IMG/VR virus record: IMGVR_UViG_3300020042_008783
Span: 3,615 to 67,614 of that record
Strand: one strand, 5' to 3'
Length of the DNA stretch: 64,000 nucleotides
Source of the DNA: a virus
The position numbers and the translations under genes were made by a program. Of this stretch, positions 1 through 10,584 are shown piece after piece; positions within the stretch are counted from its first letter, which is position 1, and every line of letters starts with the position of its first letter. Under the pieces are notes generated by a model. That model did not search any database. It was not told the origin of the DNA and saw only the letters and a list, made by a program, of their open reading frames with translations.

Positions 1-3000
1 GTTCCAGCTTGCTGATTCTTGCGATACTCAGCTTGCAACGCGGAAACAAACTTCTGCTGAACGGCTGGCTTTAACGCATTGATGTTATCAACGGTGGTTC
101 CAATCCTGGCGGCATCTTGGGCTACATCTGCTTTTCCGGAAGCGACGGAGTCAAATGCGAGTCTTTCGGCATCAGTTCCCAAGGACTGCCTAAAGGGAGC
201 TTGGAGATTCTGGGCGAGAATGGATAGGGCCTCCTGCCTCTGAGCCGGTGAGGGAACGTCAGAGGGGCTGGTAACTTGATTGTCCACTTCTGTGGCATCA
301 ATCTGATCTAGAGCTTCGTTGATAGCTCCGGCCACAGCGGGATTGATTCCCTGCTCTTCAGCTAGCGTATCAGCATCGACCGCATTAACCCGAAGACCGG
401 GAGTCTCAAGGCTAACGGCCGCGCCGAGACCAACTCCGGCACGCATCCGGGGAACCGCTCTGCGAATGAAATCGCGAAGACGGCTGTTAAAAATTGTGCT
501 CAAGGAAAGATTGTTCTTTCCCTGTCTAAGTTCGTATAAAAAGCTGTTGATTGTCGCGGCAGATACTTCATCCGCAATATTGTATTTTTGATACCCGGCG
601 AGAGACTTACTCTGCAAATAAGATTTCTTACGATTGACGTAAGCCAAAAGAGTTTCGGCTGGGGTCATTATGTTGCGACCGTTCTCATCGATCGCACCAA
701 GACTTTGGAGTAGCTCAATTGTCGCGGGGTTCTTTAAGTTAAATACTACGCCAAGAGCTTGGCTCGAATTCTCTCGATCGTCTGGCTCAAGCTTTTGGTA
801 TTTCCGGAAAGCCTCGCTTTCGGGATTATTGATTGGTAGGACGATATCAGGTCTGTCCTCCAATTCGGGGGCAAGCTCACCGGTTCTAGCTTCTTTTGTG
901 GCTTCACTCTCGAATTGCTGAACTAGTTTAGATACCGACTCTTCTCCACGGACTAGACGGGCGGCCTGACCCTCAACCTGCATGGCCTGAAGTCTTGCAA
1001 GCTGTTCCCGCATGGCGACGGCTTCATCCGCTGGAGCTTCTTTTATTTTGGTCTCAAGAACATTGATTTGATCTTGAAGTTTTCTAGCGTCGATCTCCGC
1101 CGGTTTCTCCTGCTCAATCAGCTCTTGGCCTTTAGCTAACTGGCTTTCTAGGGCGACTTCATAATCAGTTGGCCCGAGATATTTTCTGGCAACTTCCTCG
1201 ATGGCGTCATCCGTTCCAGCTTTCTCAAGCTCAGCATTCATTTGATCAATCTCGTCAGTCTCAAGCCCGATTTCTTCCGCTCGCATGATAAACTGATCCT
1301 TAAACTCTTGCTTAAATTCAATGGCTGGAGTTCCCTGCAACCAATTGCCAGCATCAGTTTTTACGTTCGTTACAGAATAGGTTTTTCCGTCTTCGGACAA
1401 TTCACCAATGACGCGGCCCTGACTTTCCAGCCATTGAATCTTCAAAGCATTCTCTGGTGTATTCGATAGGTCGATAGAGGTTGCGCCCTTGTCGAATACG
1501 TTAATCAACTCGTTGAGTGCGGAAAGTTTTTCCTCCTCGGTTTCTGGGGGTCCTTCTTTTAAAATAGGGGCAACACCAATCTGGCCTTCTGCCTCAGTAA
1601 GCTTGGCCGAAAGCATTGATTCAACCGATCCTTGCTTCGAAAATTCTACTGCTTCGTCCGCCACCTTCGTCGTTTCAGGGGTAGTTACTGGGTCAAGAGA
1701 AGAGCGAACATTGACGGCGTCGAAAAGGGCTTGGGCCTTAGGGGAAGTTAAAGACTGACGAAGCTGGGTCATTTGCTCCATCTTTTGTTGCTCATCGATA
1801 TTTGGGTCAGCCTTAATGTTTGATACTGTTTGTTCTAAAGATTTTGCAAATCGATCGTCTGCCAATTTATATATCTTGGCTCGACGATTTGCGATAGACG
1901 CTGCCCCTATAACTCCAGGGATTGCCATTCCAAGTCCGATACCACCAGACACGGCCAAGTTCTGGAGCAAGGGTTCAACGGGATCTTGTCCCCGAAGGAT
2001 GGCTTCAATTTCTTCCGATGCAGTTTCTCCGAGAGTAGTTCCAACCACTCTCCCCGTGCTTCCGACTAAGGGGGCCAACGCAGGAATTTTCGTGGCCAAG
2101 GCTTTTGCGGCGACGTGATTGGCTAGGGCGTTATCAATCGAGTTTTCTAATTTGTTTCCAGCTCCTTCGGCCAAACCTAGAACAGCGCTTTCGCTGAATA
2201 TGGAGGATAGACGCTGGGGAACGGTTAAATTCCGCGGGTCGCCCTCGAAAGATTGCGAAGCCCCGATAGTCGCATACGTTGCTCCCTTAGAAAGAACGGT
2301 AGGAACTTTGATAGCTTGATCCGCAATCTGGCCAGCTTTACCTAATAGCTTTGTGGCACCGGCACCAACTCCAATAAACGAACCCACAGATCCGAGGGCT
2401 GCCCCGGCTAGCGTTCCGGTCATGTAATCTTTTTGAATTGTGTTGTTGATCGAGTTGGAAAGGGCGGCTCGACGGGCAACTTGGTCGGGATTGTTTTCGT
2501 CAACTATGATGTCACCGAGAGAAACAAAAGGTAGGAAGGCATCGCCGGATTGAATTGCAAAGTTCCGCAAGCTAGCCGACCCCAATTTTTTAGAGCGATC
2601 GCTCTCAAGATCCCGAAGATAGTTTTCGGCCATCGCCAAATTCATTCCGAGCTTGGCTGTTAGAGGTCCTGTGCCGAAAGCCATCCCCGGTTTTTCGTCC
2701 TTAGGAACAATTGATTTTCCGCTAGTTAGTTCGTCTTCGTAAAAATTTCCAAGCTCCAAAGCTTTTGCTGCCTGCGCTGGATCGGTGATTGTTCCCACAT
2801 AGTTACGGGCAGCAAAACTTTTTTGCGTTGCTTCAGCCTCCTCATTTGTAATTCCAAGACCACCTTGCAAGTAAGCTCCAATAGTTTTACCAACACCAAG
2901 AAGGGCAAGTTTGGTTAGTTCACCCCAGTCACCTTTTTTCTCTGCATCTAAAATCTTTTGATTGGACTCAATCGAATAGTTACGGACATTGTTTTGAACG

Positions 3001-3269
3001 TCTTCCCAAGCCTGAGTGTTAAACGGAAGCTTCTTTTCCTTAAATCGCGTAGCCAGTCCACCTATGAGATCGGTCGACTGCGGGTCATCCCTAAGGGCAA
3101 TTAGATTTTGAGCTTGAGCCAAGTTAGTGGGCGGGGCTGAAAACAGAGAGTTAATCTCTTGCTCGGGGGTAACTCCGGAAGGAGCAAACAAGGCGTCAAT
3201 AGCTTGTTGCTCACCCTGGGGGAGACTAGCTATATCAAGCTCTGTCTCGGGGTTAAATGGATCCGCCAT
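1..3269 (-). CDS. N-terminal part (>=1089 aa) of a giant internal virion/DNA-ejection protein, truncated at the window edge
   Basis: Absent from the ORF track because it runs off the edge. Translated by hand from ATG 3269 (MADPFNPETELDIASLP...); the portions read are open and the same frame reads ...KNQQAG at position 3. Ala/Gly/Glu-rich; follows other internal virion genes. Confidence 0.8.
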   Translation of the reverse strand, partial: MADPFNPETELDIASLPQGEQQAIDALFAPSGVTPEQEINSLFSAPPTNLAQAQNLIALRDDPQSTDLIGGLATRFKEKKLPFNTQAWEDVQNNVRNYSIESNQKILDAEKKGDWGELTKLALLGVGKTIGAYLQGGLGITNEEAEATQKSFAARNYVGTITDPAQAAKALELGNFYEDELTSGKSIVPKDEKPGMAFGTGPLTAKLGMNLAMAENYLRDLESDRSKKLGSASLRNFAIQSGDAFLPFVSLGDIIVDENNPDQVARRAALSNSINNTIQKDYMTGTLAGAALGSVGSFIGVGAGATKLLGKAGQIADQAIKVPTVLSKGATYATIGASQSFEGDPRNLTVPQRLSSIFSESAVLGLAEGAGNKLENSIDNALANHVAAKALATKIPALAPLVGSTGRVVGTTLGETASEEIEAILRGQDPVEPLLQNLAVSGGIGLGMAIPGVIGAASIANRRAKIYKLADDRFAKSLEQTVSNIKADPNIDEQQKMEQMTQLRQSLTSPKAQALFDAVNVRSSLDPVTTPETTKVADEAVEFSKQGSVESMLSAKLTEAEGQIGVAPILKEGPPETEEEKLSALNELINVFDKGATSIDLSNTPENALKIQWLESQGRVIGELSEDGKTYSVTNVKTDAGNWLQGTPAIEFKQEFKDQFIMRAEEIGLETDEIDQMNAELEKAGTDDAIEEVARKYLGPTDYEVALESQLAKGQELIEQEKPAEIDARKLQDQINVLETKIKEAPADEAVAMREQLARLQAMQVEGQAARLVRGEESVSKLVQQFESEATKEARTGELAPELEDRPDIVLPINNPESEAFRKYQKLEPDDRENSSQALGVVFNLKNPATIELLQSLGAIDENGRNIMTPAETLLAYVNRKKSYLQSKSLAGYQKYNIADEVSAATINSFLYELRQGKNNLSLSTIFNSRLRDFIRRAVPRMRAGVGLGAAVSLETPGLRVNAVDADTLAEEQGINPAVAGAINEALDQIDATEVDNQVTSPSDVPSPAQRQEALSILAQNLQAPFRQSLGTDAERLAFDSVASGKADVAQDAARIGTTVDNINALKPAVQQKFVSALQAEYRKNQQAG

Positions 3270-3304
3270 GGCTGGTATAATTCAAGGGATTATTCAGCCG
3301 TTCG

Positions 3305-4867
3305 TCAACGATTTTGTCCTGATTCGTCATATTGTTTTCCCGGTGAAACCACGCTAGAGGGAAAATCGACTCCGGGAATGGTGTATCCCCGGGCTTTTAG
3401 GGTTGCCAAAATCTCTCGGGCCGGTCTGCCGTAGATAACGGCATTCGGGTCTCGGCGATACGCTTCGGCTATCGTAGCTAGAGTGGAATCCGAAATTTGG
3501 GTTGGTTGATTTCTTGGGGTTATTGGAATGGAGGCGGTTCCCGATGTTCTGGGGGCTGTCCCTCCGGGAGCAGTTGCTACATTCGAAGAATCGTTGGGTA
3601 TGAACTCGAGTTTCTTTATGTTCGGATTGGCCGGGGCTTCGGAGAGTGCTTTCCCGAGCATAGCTTGCATTGCGTTATAATCTCCATTCATCGCCCTAGT
3701 TAACATCTGATCGTAGTCAACAATTTCTTTTTGTTTGACCTTTGTTAGTACTCCAGTTCTTGGGTCGATATCTCTGTCGGTAAGGTTCATGTTGGGCATG
3801 GATCTCACAAAAGTTGCCCTCTTCTCTCCGGTGATCGGATCGGTCGTCTCTACTCCTAAACTTGCGTTCTTCTGCACCAAGTTTTTTTGATCGACAGTAA
3901 ATTTCGTTTTCATCTCGTCGAGATATGCTTGCTGACTGTCCTTAGTGATATCTTTTGCGAGACCGCGAAGCTGATTGAAAGCATCAGGATTCTCAATTCT
4001 GTCTTGCCAATTCGGATACTGTTTCTTAATAACATCGTATCTGGCTTGGTATTTTGGGTCGAGAATGTTTCCAGCTGCTCCATCAGAATTTAACTGTGTG
4101 ATACCATTAAGTACTGCATCACTAGATAGCTTTGCAAGAGCAGCATTTTTTTGGGACAAAATTTGAGAGAATTTATTAACTGTGGTATCTGTCATACCAA
4201 GATTGGCAAACTGTGTTTCAATGTCATTTAGTGCCAAGCTTGCATCTTCTGGGGCCATACGATCAATAGCAAGATTTGCTGCCTGCACTAGAAGTGCGTC
4301 GGCTTGCGGTTTTTTTTGTCTATTAGCTACTAGGTCATCGACCTTTCGTTTTCTTTCCTCGGCGATATCGAGCCTGTCGAGCATTGTCATTTTTGTTAAA
4401 CTTGACAGAGCTGTATTGTCGAGCGCCGATTCAGCCATGGCAATCTGGTCCGGGTCTCCAGAATTTCTCGCATCTCGAATATAAGAATAGATTCTCCCCG
4501 ACTCGGCATCTTCTTTATTCTTTCTGTCAATCTCGTCTATCTTTTGTCGTTTTTCTTCTTGCGCGAGCTCAAATTGATCCGACGCTAAGCGATCGGCTGC
4601 GGCTTGACGTTGGCGATTGTAAGCAAGACTTTCTAATTCGCGTTGATTTTTTATACCCTCAAGTTCAATTCTTTGGCTATCGAGATCGGCTTGCCTGGCT
4701 TGATTATCCCTTTGAGCCGCAAGCTGTGCGTAGCCTAAGCCCACTTGAGCCGCCGCTTGTTGTTCCTGCTGGAACAACTGCTGTTTCTTTAGATAGTCTT
4801 CGCGGACATCACCAATGATGCCACGAACCTGACTTACGTAATCCGGGGCGTTAGGTGAGAGAGCCAT
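3305..4867 (-). CDS. putative internal virion (ejection) protein
   Basis: 520 aa, Q/E/A-rich coiled coil; podovirus-type position after the tail genes. Confidence 0.6.
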   Translation of the reverse strand: MALSPNAPDYVSQVRGIIGDVREDYLKKQQLFQQEQQAAAQVGLGYAQLAAQRDNQARQADLDSQRIELEGIKNQRELESLAYNRQRQAAADRLASDQFELAQEEKRQKIDEIDRKNKEDAESGRIYSYIRDARNSGDPDQIAMAESALDNTALSSLTKMTMLDRLDIAEERKRKVDDLVANRQKKPQADALLVQAANLAIDRMAPEDASLALNDIETQFANLGMTDTTVNKFSQILSQKNAALAKLSSDAVLNGITQLNSDGAAGNILDPKYQARYDVIKKQYPNWQDRIENPDAFNQLRGLAKDITKDSQQAYLDEMKTKFTVDQKNLVQKNASLGVETTDPITGEKRATFVRSMPNMNLTDRDIDPRTGVLTKVKQKEIVDYDQMLTRAMNGDYNAMQAMLGKALSEAPANPNIKKLEFIPNDSSNVATAPGGTAPRTSGTASIPITPRNQPTQISDSTLATIAEAYRRDPNAVIYGRPAREILATLKARGYTIPGVDFPSSVVSPGKQYDESGQNR

Positions 4868-4870
4868 TGC

Positions 4871-5866
4871 TTATACCATTCCACCAAAGCCGGGGGCAAC
4901 AGGTCTTGTGGTAACCCTTGATCCCGGTTGATAGCCAATAAAGGAACCGGTCCTAATATCAAACTGGCCGGGCAGAGCTTGACTCTGGTACGCGTTGAGC
5001 AAGTTTTGATTGGCAATCTGTTGGTTGACGGAGGCTTCGTTGGCTGCGGTGCTAAATACTTCAGTTGGAGAAATAGGAGTCATAGCCTGCATAGCTTGCG
5101 CTGCGATGGCGGCAGACTTCGCAAGAAGATCGGATCCTTGTTGTTGAAGTTGCAGAGAACTCAACCCCAAATCACGGGCGAGAATGTTGCGGCCGATTCC
5201 AAGTCTCCCACCAAGTCCAGTGCTAAATCCCAAAGCTGCGGCTCCGCGCCCAACTTCACCGACCATTTCTTTCGATAATCTGCCCGACAACATATTTTTA
5301 CCCAGTTCGGATAAGGCCGCAGTTCCACCTTGTAGTCCGGGAACGTATGAAGTGAACCGCGCGGCAAAAGGTGCGTTAGCCTTCATCGCTTTTTTACCCA
5401 TTTCTTTGTAGTCGAGATCTAACCCTTTGAGGGTCGGTGCTGGCCCAAGATAAAAATCTAAAGGAGCTGGCTGGCTCATAGAAATTGGGGATCCCCTGGC
5501 CACGCCGCCACCGTATCCGCCACCCACGCTACTTCTCCGTATACTTCCTCCGCTAATACCACTAGGATTGTCTCGTTGAGTGGCCGCCGCTCGCGCAGTT
5601 GGAATTCCAAATCCCGTGTATGTTTTATTGAAAGCATCTTGTTGCCCCATCCACTCATTCCAATTTTGCCCCGGGGCCCTTGGGATTTGACCATATAACA
5701 TACTTCCACGATTCCTAGAATCTTGTAGCGATCGATCATATGAATACTCCTCATACGATTTACCTGAACCCATGAAATTGCCGCTAGGACGAGTGGTTGC
5801 TCCTGAAGATCCCCCGGAATAGCCTTTCGCAGCATTCGCAAAAATTGCACTATAATCAGTCGCCAT
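4871..5866 (-). CDS. putative internal virion/pilot protein
   Basis: 331 aa, G/A/Q/S-rich; gene order. Confidence 0.55.
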   Translation of the reverse strand: MATDYSAIFANAAKGYSGGSSGATTRPSGNFMGSGKSYEEYSYDRSLQDSRNRGSMLYGQIPRAPGQNWNEWMGQQDAFNKTYTGFGIPTARAAATQRDNPSGISGGSIRRSSVGGGYGGGVARGSPISMSQPAPLDFYLGPAPTLKGLDLDYKEMGKKAMKANAPFAARFTSYVPGLQGGTAALSELGKNMLSGRLSKEMVGEVGRGAAALGFSTGLGGRLGIGRNILARDLGLSSLQLQQQGSDLLAKSAAIAAQAMQAMTPISPTEVFSTAANEASVNQQIANQNLLNAYQSQALPGQFDIRTGSFIGYQPGSRVTTRPVAPGFGGMV

Positions 5867-5869
5867 AAA

Positions 5870-7081
5870 TTATGCCATTGCGGGGACTTCTCCCATCGCG
5901 AATGCCTCCATTTGAATCTGGGGTCTGCCAATGTTAGCTCCCTCGACCTCTTTAAGTTCTTCACGCAAAAGTTCGACGGCCTTCTCTTCATACTTCATGG
6001 CTTCGTCCAGGTTATTGTTTTCTTCTTTTTCGATGGCTATCGCCATCATCTTTAAAGCTCCAAGGTTAGTCACGATCAAATCGTCGTCATCGGTAATCAC
6101 GGGGATAAACTTACGCTTTGCAAGTACGGTCACGGTAACACCTTCTTCTCTTTCATGACCGGGAATTGCATATCGTCGATACTGGGGCAACGTCTCGTCG
6201 GGCGCAAGTATGGCGATGCAGTATTCGGCGCCCGTGGTTGGATCGACTGCATAGACGCGGACCCAACCTTTCGTTGCAGTTTTGTTTATGGCGTCGATAG
6301 AGCGGAAAGCATTGACTGTGGTGCGGGGGAGTTCTGTTGTTGTAAGAGATGGCGTAAAGGTCGCTTGCCAAGGATAATCACTATTACCGGAAGAAATTGC
6401 GACCTGGGTGCTAGATGCATTTAAAACGCGCCAAACGGATGCATTATTCGAGATGATCCAACCCTCAAGATTTCTATACTTGGGCTTTGAATTTTCGGTT
6501 CCGAACCAAGCAAATACGGAATTCCCGTCGGTATTAGAGCCTGTAAATCCGGAAACTAAAACGCTAGAATTACCAGAACCAGCGCTTAAGTTCAAGCGCT
6601 CTCCGTCGATGTACGCCCCACTCTCAATTGTCTGGACTCGGTTGTTATAAGTATCCGAACCACGGAACAAGATGGTGGAGGTAGCGTCTTCCGCGAGATC
6701 GGTGTAGACACGGATATATCTCTGGGCGTCTAATGGACGGAAAGATGGAACGAAACCGCGATCTTGTAATTGTCTCCAAGCCCCGGCGGGGGACATTCCC
6801 GGGCCATTAGCCATAAACTCATACCACTGGTTATAAACTTGGGCGGCCGCGCCGTCGTAGTTATATCCCAAAATAGTTTCAAACTCGCGGGGCAATGTGA
6901 TACAGCCACCATAAACGCAAACGGAATAACGCCCGTAAGTCCCGGCGTACAATCCCTTATTGAGTAAACGTTCCTGAGCTTCGTTGGTGCGATCGAGCAA
7001 CTGAGGATTATCCGCGCACATCCCATTCTGGGTTACCCGTGCCAGCTGTTCTTTAACCGATCCGTAGGTACGACGGATCAT
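5870..7081 (-). CDS. putative head-tail adaptor / tail tubular protein A-like
   Basis: N-terminal helix pair (..LLDRTNEAQERL..), beta-rich middle (ITLPREFETI), C-terminal helices (ALKMMAIA..EAMKY); adaptor-like layout. Confidence 0.55.
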   Translation of the reverse strand: MIRRTYGSVKEQLARVTQNGMCADNPQLLDRTNEAQERLLNKGLYAGTYGRYSVCVYGGCITLPREFETILGYNYDGAAAQVYNQWYEFMANGPGMSPAGAWRQLQDRGFVPSFRPLDAQRYIRVYTDLAEDATSTILFRGSDTYNNRVQTIESGAYIDGERLNLSAGSGNSSVLVSGFTGSNTDGNSVFAWFGTENSKPKYRNLEGWIISNNASVWRVLNASSTQVAISSGNSDYPWQATFTPSLTTTELPRTTVNAFRSIDAINKTATKGWVRVYAVDPTTGAEYCIAILAPDETLPQYRRYAIPGHEREEGVTVTVLAKRKFIPVITDDDDLIVTNLGALKMMAIAIEKEENNNLDEAMKYEEKAVELLREELKEVEGANIGRPQIQMEAFAMGEVPAMA

Positions 7082-7503
7082 TCGTAATACCCCACGTAAA
7101 CTTTATATTGCCCGTTGGCGGGGGGAACGGGAGTTGTGGGGGTTAATTTACTAATCCCATTAACCACGTAAGCGGTATTGCCGATCCCCCAAGGCGATTC
7201 AATAGTGGCGTTTGTGTCTGTTAAAATAATATCCCCAAAGGCGAATGGAGTAAATTCTTCCCAAGACCCTGCGTTATAGAGTTTTATTGACTGTGGCGCG
7301 CCGGAAATTCCGGCCTGAGTTTGAAACCAAACTTTATCATTGTCTTCCGACTGAGGGGTAGACGCCGAAACAACAACAGAGGTCAGCGTTGAGTTTGAGG
7401 TAACCGACAAATAAGACTGCAACAATTGCAACAAACCTTGAACATTGCCCGGGTATCCTGTGTTGGCTGGTAGGGTCGCCGCGGTTATCGAATATACAGC
7501 CAT
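7078..7503 (-). CDS. virion protein, paralog of 7537..7974
   Basis: Shares TLPxNTxYP, WF, LY..G.W.EF, SPWG and YK.YVG motifs with its neighbour. Confidence 0.6.
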   Translation of the reverse strand: MAVYSITAATLPANTGYPGNVQGLLQLLQSYLSVTSNSTLTSVVVSASTPQSEDNDKVWFQTQAGISGAPQSIKLYNAGSWEEFTPFAFGDIILTDTNATIESPWGIGNTAYVVNGISKLTPTTPVPPANGQYKVYVGYYE

Positions 7504-7536
7504 AGCTTATTTAGATTAACGGCTTATACTTTTGTG

Positions 7537-7974
7537 TCAACTCTTAGAAGTCCAGAATCCAACATATCTCTTGTACTTTAAGCCCTCGGGGGGAGTGGGG
7601 GAGACGGGGGGTGCGTAGGTGGGTAAACCGGTATCCCCAAACGCGTAAGTAAAACCGGCCTCACCCCATGGGGACGCAATTAAAGCGGTGGAGGCTACGA
7701 GAACCATGTCCCCTTGACTTAATTGAGCGAACTCTTTCCATTGGCCGTTTAGGTACAATCTAACTGCCGTTGGAAATCCTCCATCCGTGATGTTGAACCA
7801 TAACTCACTAAGCGCGTCGGCGGGCAAAGCTTCGTCCGAGATTCGATATTCCGCGGCAGACCCGGCTATCTCAACTCTGGAATACTCGGCGACCAAATTG
7901 ATTAAGGCTTGGGCCGTTGGCGGATAACAAGTATTATCGGGTAATGTGGTTACGGTAATTGGATTTTCGTTCAT
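7537..7974 (-). CDS. virion protein, paralog of 7078..7503
   Basis: Same motif series; lies in the tail module. Confidence 0.6.
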   Translation of the reverse strand: MNENPITVTTLPDNTCYPPTAQALINLVAEYSRVEIAGSAAEYRISDEALPADALSELWFNITDGGFPTAVRLYLNGQWKEFAQLSQGDMVLVASTALIASPWGEAGFTYAFGDTGLPTYAPPVSPTPPEGLKYKRYVGFWTSKS

Positions 7975-7989
7975 AAGCTATGTTCCTTA

Positions 7990-8649
7990 TTATTCATCTT
8001 CTTCGGGGTCGTGGGCGAGAAATGTCCATGTTGCTGGTAACCCGTTTTTACAAACGTTAATCTCGTAAGCTTTGTATTCTTTCCCATCGGACCCCGTTAA
8101 ACTAGGCCCCCCACCGGTAATAAAACTCATTTCACCATCATCCAAATATAAACGGGCTCGTTGTTGGCTCGAATCGAGTTTCCAGTTTGAGGAACCTTTG
8201 CCCTCGAGCCCTTGTACTCCCTGATACAGAAATATTCCATCCTCTCCGTTACTTACCGTATCAAACCATGTAATGGTGGATACCGTGTCTCCGTTGCAAC
8301 CTCTACACGAAGAGGAAACGGGTGCAGCAAAAAGAAGCGGTTGGTTCTGAGCGGAAGGATCTGGCGGTTTACACTCTTCGCAAAAAGTACCATTACCGCT
8401 TCCGGTGGAAGGGGGAGCGGGGGCTGGGGCTGGATCGACGGGGGTGGGGGTGGGGTTTTCTGGATTGCTCCCCGCGGGAGGGGTTGAGGTTGGGGGCGTA
8501 ACGGTAGGGGCATCCACAACCGGACCAAACTGTTGAACTGCTACGACAGTATTAAATCCGGGCAGCGTTAAAACGGAAACTGTTCCGCCGCCAAAACCGG
8601 GAAGTCCGGTTGGAAGGGGATTACCTACAAATTCAATTCTTTCCGCCAT
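7990..8649 (-). CDS. Pro/Thr-rich, Cys-containing putative tail protein
   Basis: 219 aa, PT linker, CxxC pairs. Confidence 0.5.
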   Translation of the reverse strand: MAERIEFVGNPLPTGLPGFGGGTVSVLTLPGFNTVVAVQQFGPVVDAPTVTPPTSTPPAGSNPENPTPTPVDPAPAPAPPSTGSGNGTFCEECKPPDPSAQNQPLLFAAPVSSSCRGCNGDTVSTITWFDTVSNGEDGIFLYQGVQGLEGKGSSNWKLDSSQQRARLYLDDGEMSFITGGGPSLTGSDGKEYKAYEINVCKNGLPATWTFLAHDPEEDE

Positions 8650-8652
8650 ACA

Positions 8653-10584
8653 TCAACACTCCCCAAGATCGCTGATATCTTTTCTAGATGCGTGGAGTCT
8701 AAATAAAGCTAACTTTGCATGGCCGACCCAAGACATTTTTGGTTGGAACAAGTATCCAAAGCGGGCTTTTCTTCCTACGCCAGTTACGCAAGAATCTGAA
8801 GGTTTGACTGTTCGCACGTTATAATACCCAAGCGCTAATTCTAGCGGGGCGCAACCAGTGAAAGAATCTGTTTCTGTTTCATAACTAATTGTACCAGTTT
8901 GAACGGGGAGAAATGTTGGGTAATAATCGGGGGCAAATTCAAAGTTCCAAGATACATCGCCGTAAACCTCTGAAAAACTTAAATCGGCTCGGACAAGCTC
9001 TTTGATTTCAAATGGCGATTCAAAGGACATCCTGCGGAACTCTACGGAAGAGGATATGGGGAGATTTGAAGTCCCGGCGCCATCTGGTACGGTATCGAAA
9101 TAATCATCTGTAGTGATTTCATACAGGGCGTTATTGCCGTCAGATCCGCAAACAATAGCGAAGCATCTTTTGGCCCCATCAAAAACCCCTTGGACTAACT
9201 TGCATACCTGTAGCCCGGTCCATTCTCCGTCGTAAACAGGCGGAAAATTTCCTTGGTATACCCCAGGATTAAAATCCTGACTGACCAATTTTGTAAAGAC
9301 AACGTTAAAAGCAGTTGGGTCTCCGGAAACTTTTTGAATTTTCGGGGCGCAACCATAAAGCGCTCGGTAATCAAAATAGACAGCCGGGGCAAAACGAATC
9401 CAACGTTGAGTGTCATAGTTGATAACGCGATCGGCCTCAATGCTATCCACTAGGGTGACGTTCGCACTTTTTGTGAACTGAATGGTTTGAACAAAAGATC
9501 TAACCCCATCCAAAGATCGAAAATAAACATCATTGTTTGTTACTACCATTGAGTCTGGAGTTTCTGCTCCACCGCCAATAAAAATTCTTCTTTGCATTCC
9601 TGGGGTCTGTTGCCAAAGAGATCGATCAAAAATATTTGATCGAATCGCGCCCACTTGCTCTCTTGTAAAGACGATTAAATCTCCCTGACCGGTGGAGGTG
9701 TCAGACCCCGGCAGAAAAGCCAATCCGGTAATATCGGAATCAAAAGCAAAACTACCGCCACCAGATAAATATTGAATCTCGGAGAATCTAACTTCGGCTC
9801 CGGAATAACTTCCAGCCAAATCGCCAGCAAATAATTGATTACCTCTTGCCACCCACAACCGGCCGTTCCCAAACGCCATAACTGACCCAACTGGAATGGA
9901 TACATTTGCTTGTAACGGTCCGGGGGGGAAAAATTTTACGGTAGCCAAAGCTGTGAGAGTGCAATTGTTATTCAGCGTAACCTCTGTAACCGTATCGACA
10001 GAAACAATTACTGTGTTCGGCGGGACTCCTCTTGCGGCTTGCACTAACATTCCGGGGAATAATCCCGCGGTTGTAGAGACGTTGATTCTTGGGTTGTTAG
10101 CCCCCATGGTTACTTGTAATTCTACGTAAGAACTGATTTCTTCTAAGATTCTTTCCGAACGATAAGAACTCGATCCGGTATAAACAATTGGGGAGCTAAC
10201 TCCATCTTGAACCACTAAAAAATTATTCGCAGCCGCAAAAGAAGCTTGTCTGGAAACATAATTATTTGTCTCGGTTGCAGGAGTGACATCAAGAACTGGA
10301 GCGGACGCGTCAACCGGTTGAACGCTGAATAGTCTCCCATTAATTAGTGTTACTAATTCATCCACGGAGGGGCTCTTAAAAAAGGAAGCTCCCTGGATTG
10401 CTCCGTTGGGTATAGCTTTTACAAATTTAAAACCGGGGCGAGATCTGGGATAACCACCTCGTATACTTACATTTTCTCCCCAAGAGAATTGATTCGGGGG
10501 TAACAGAGCTGGGTCTACGCTCGAATTGGCTCCGCCAATGAAGGATTCAATTCCCTCCACCAGCCGATTTGGATCCTTGATCAT
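8653..10584 (-). CDS. tail hub/nozzle protein (P22 gp10 / tail tubular B-like)
   Basis: 643 aa beta-propeller-like; typical N-terminus (F.GG.N..VDP.LLP.NQ...EN....G..R.RPG). Confidence 0.65.
   Translation of the reverse strand: MIKDPNRLVEGIESFIGGANSSVDPALLPPNQFSWGENVSIRGGYPRSRPGFKFVKAIPNGAIQGASFFKSPSVDELVTLINGRLFSVQPVDASAPVLDVTPATETNNYVSRQASFAAANNFLVVQDGVSSPIVYTGSSSYRSERILEEISSYVELQVTMGANNPRINVSTTAGLFPGMLVQAARGVPPNTVIVSVDTVTEVTLNNNCTLTALATVKFFPPGPLQANVSIPVGSVMAFGNGRLWVARGNQLFAGDLAGSYSGAEVRFSEIQYLSGGGSFAFDSDITGLAFLPGSDTSTGQGDLIVFTREQVGAIRSNIFDRSLWQQTPGMQRRIFIGGGAETPDSMVVTNNDVYFRSLDGVRSFVQTIQFTKSANVTLVDSIEADRVINYDTQRWIRFAPAVYFDYRALYGCAPKIQKVSGDPTAFNVVFTKLVSQDFNPGVYQGNFPPVYDGEWTGLQVCKLVQGVFDGAKRCFAIVCGSDGNNALYEITTDDYFDTVPDGAGTSNLPISSSVEFRRMSFESPFEIKELVRADLSFSEVYGDVSWNFEFAPDYYPTFLPVQTGTISYETETDSFTGCAPLELALGYYNVRTVKPSDSCVTGVGRKARFGYLFQPKMSWVGHAKLALFRLHASRKDISDLGEC

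Noticed and set aside
319-3434. Many short plus-strand ORFs (likewise at 59928-63947)
   Set aside because: Antisense shadows of the giant minus-strand gene.
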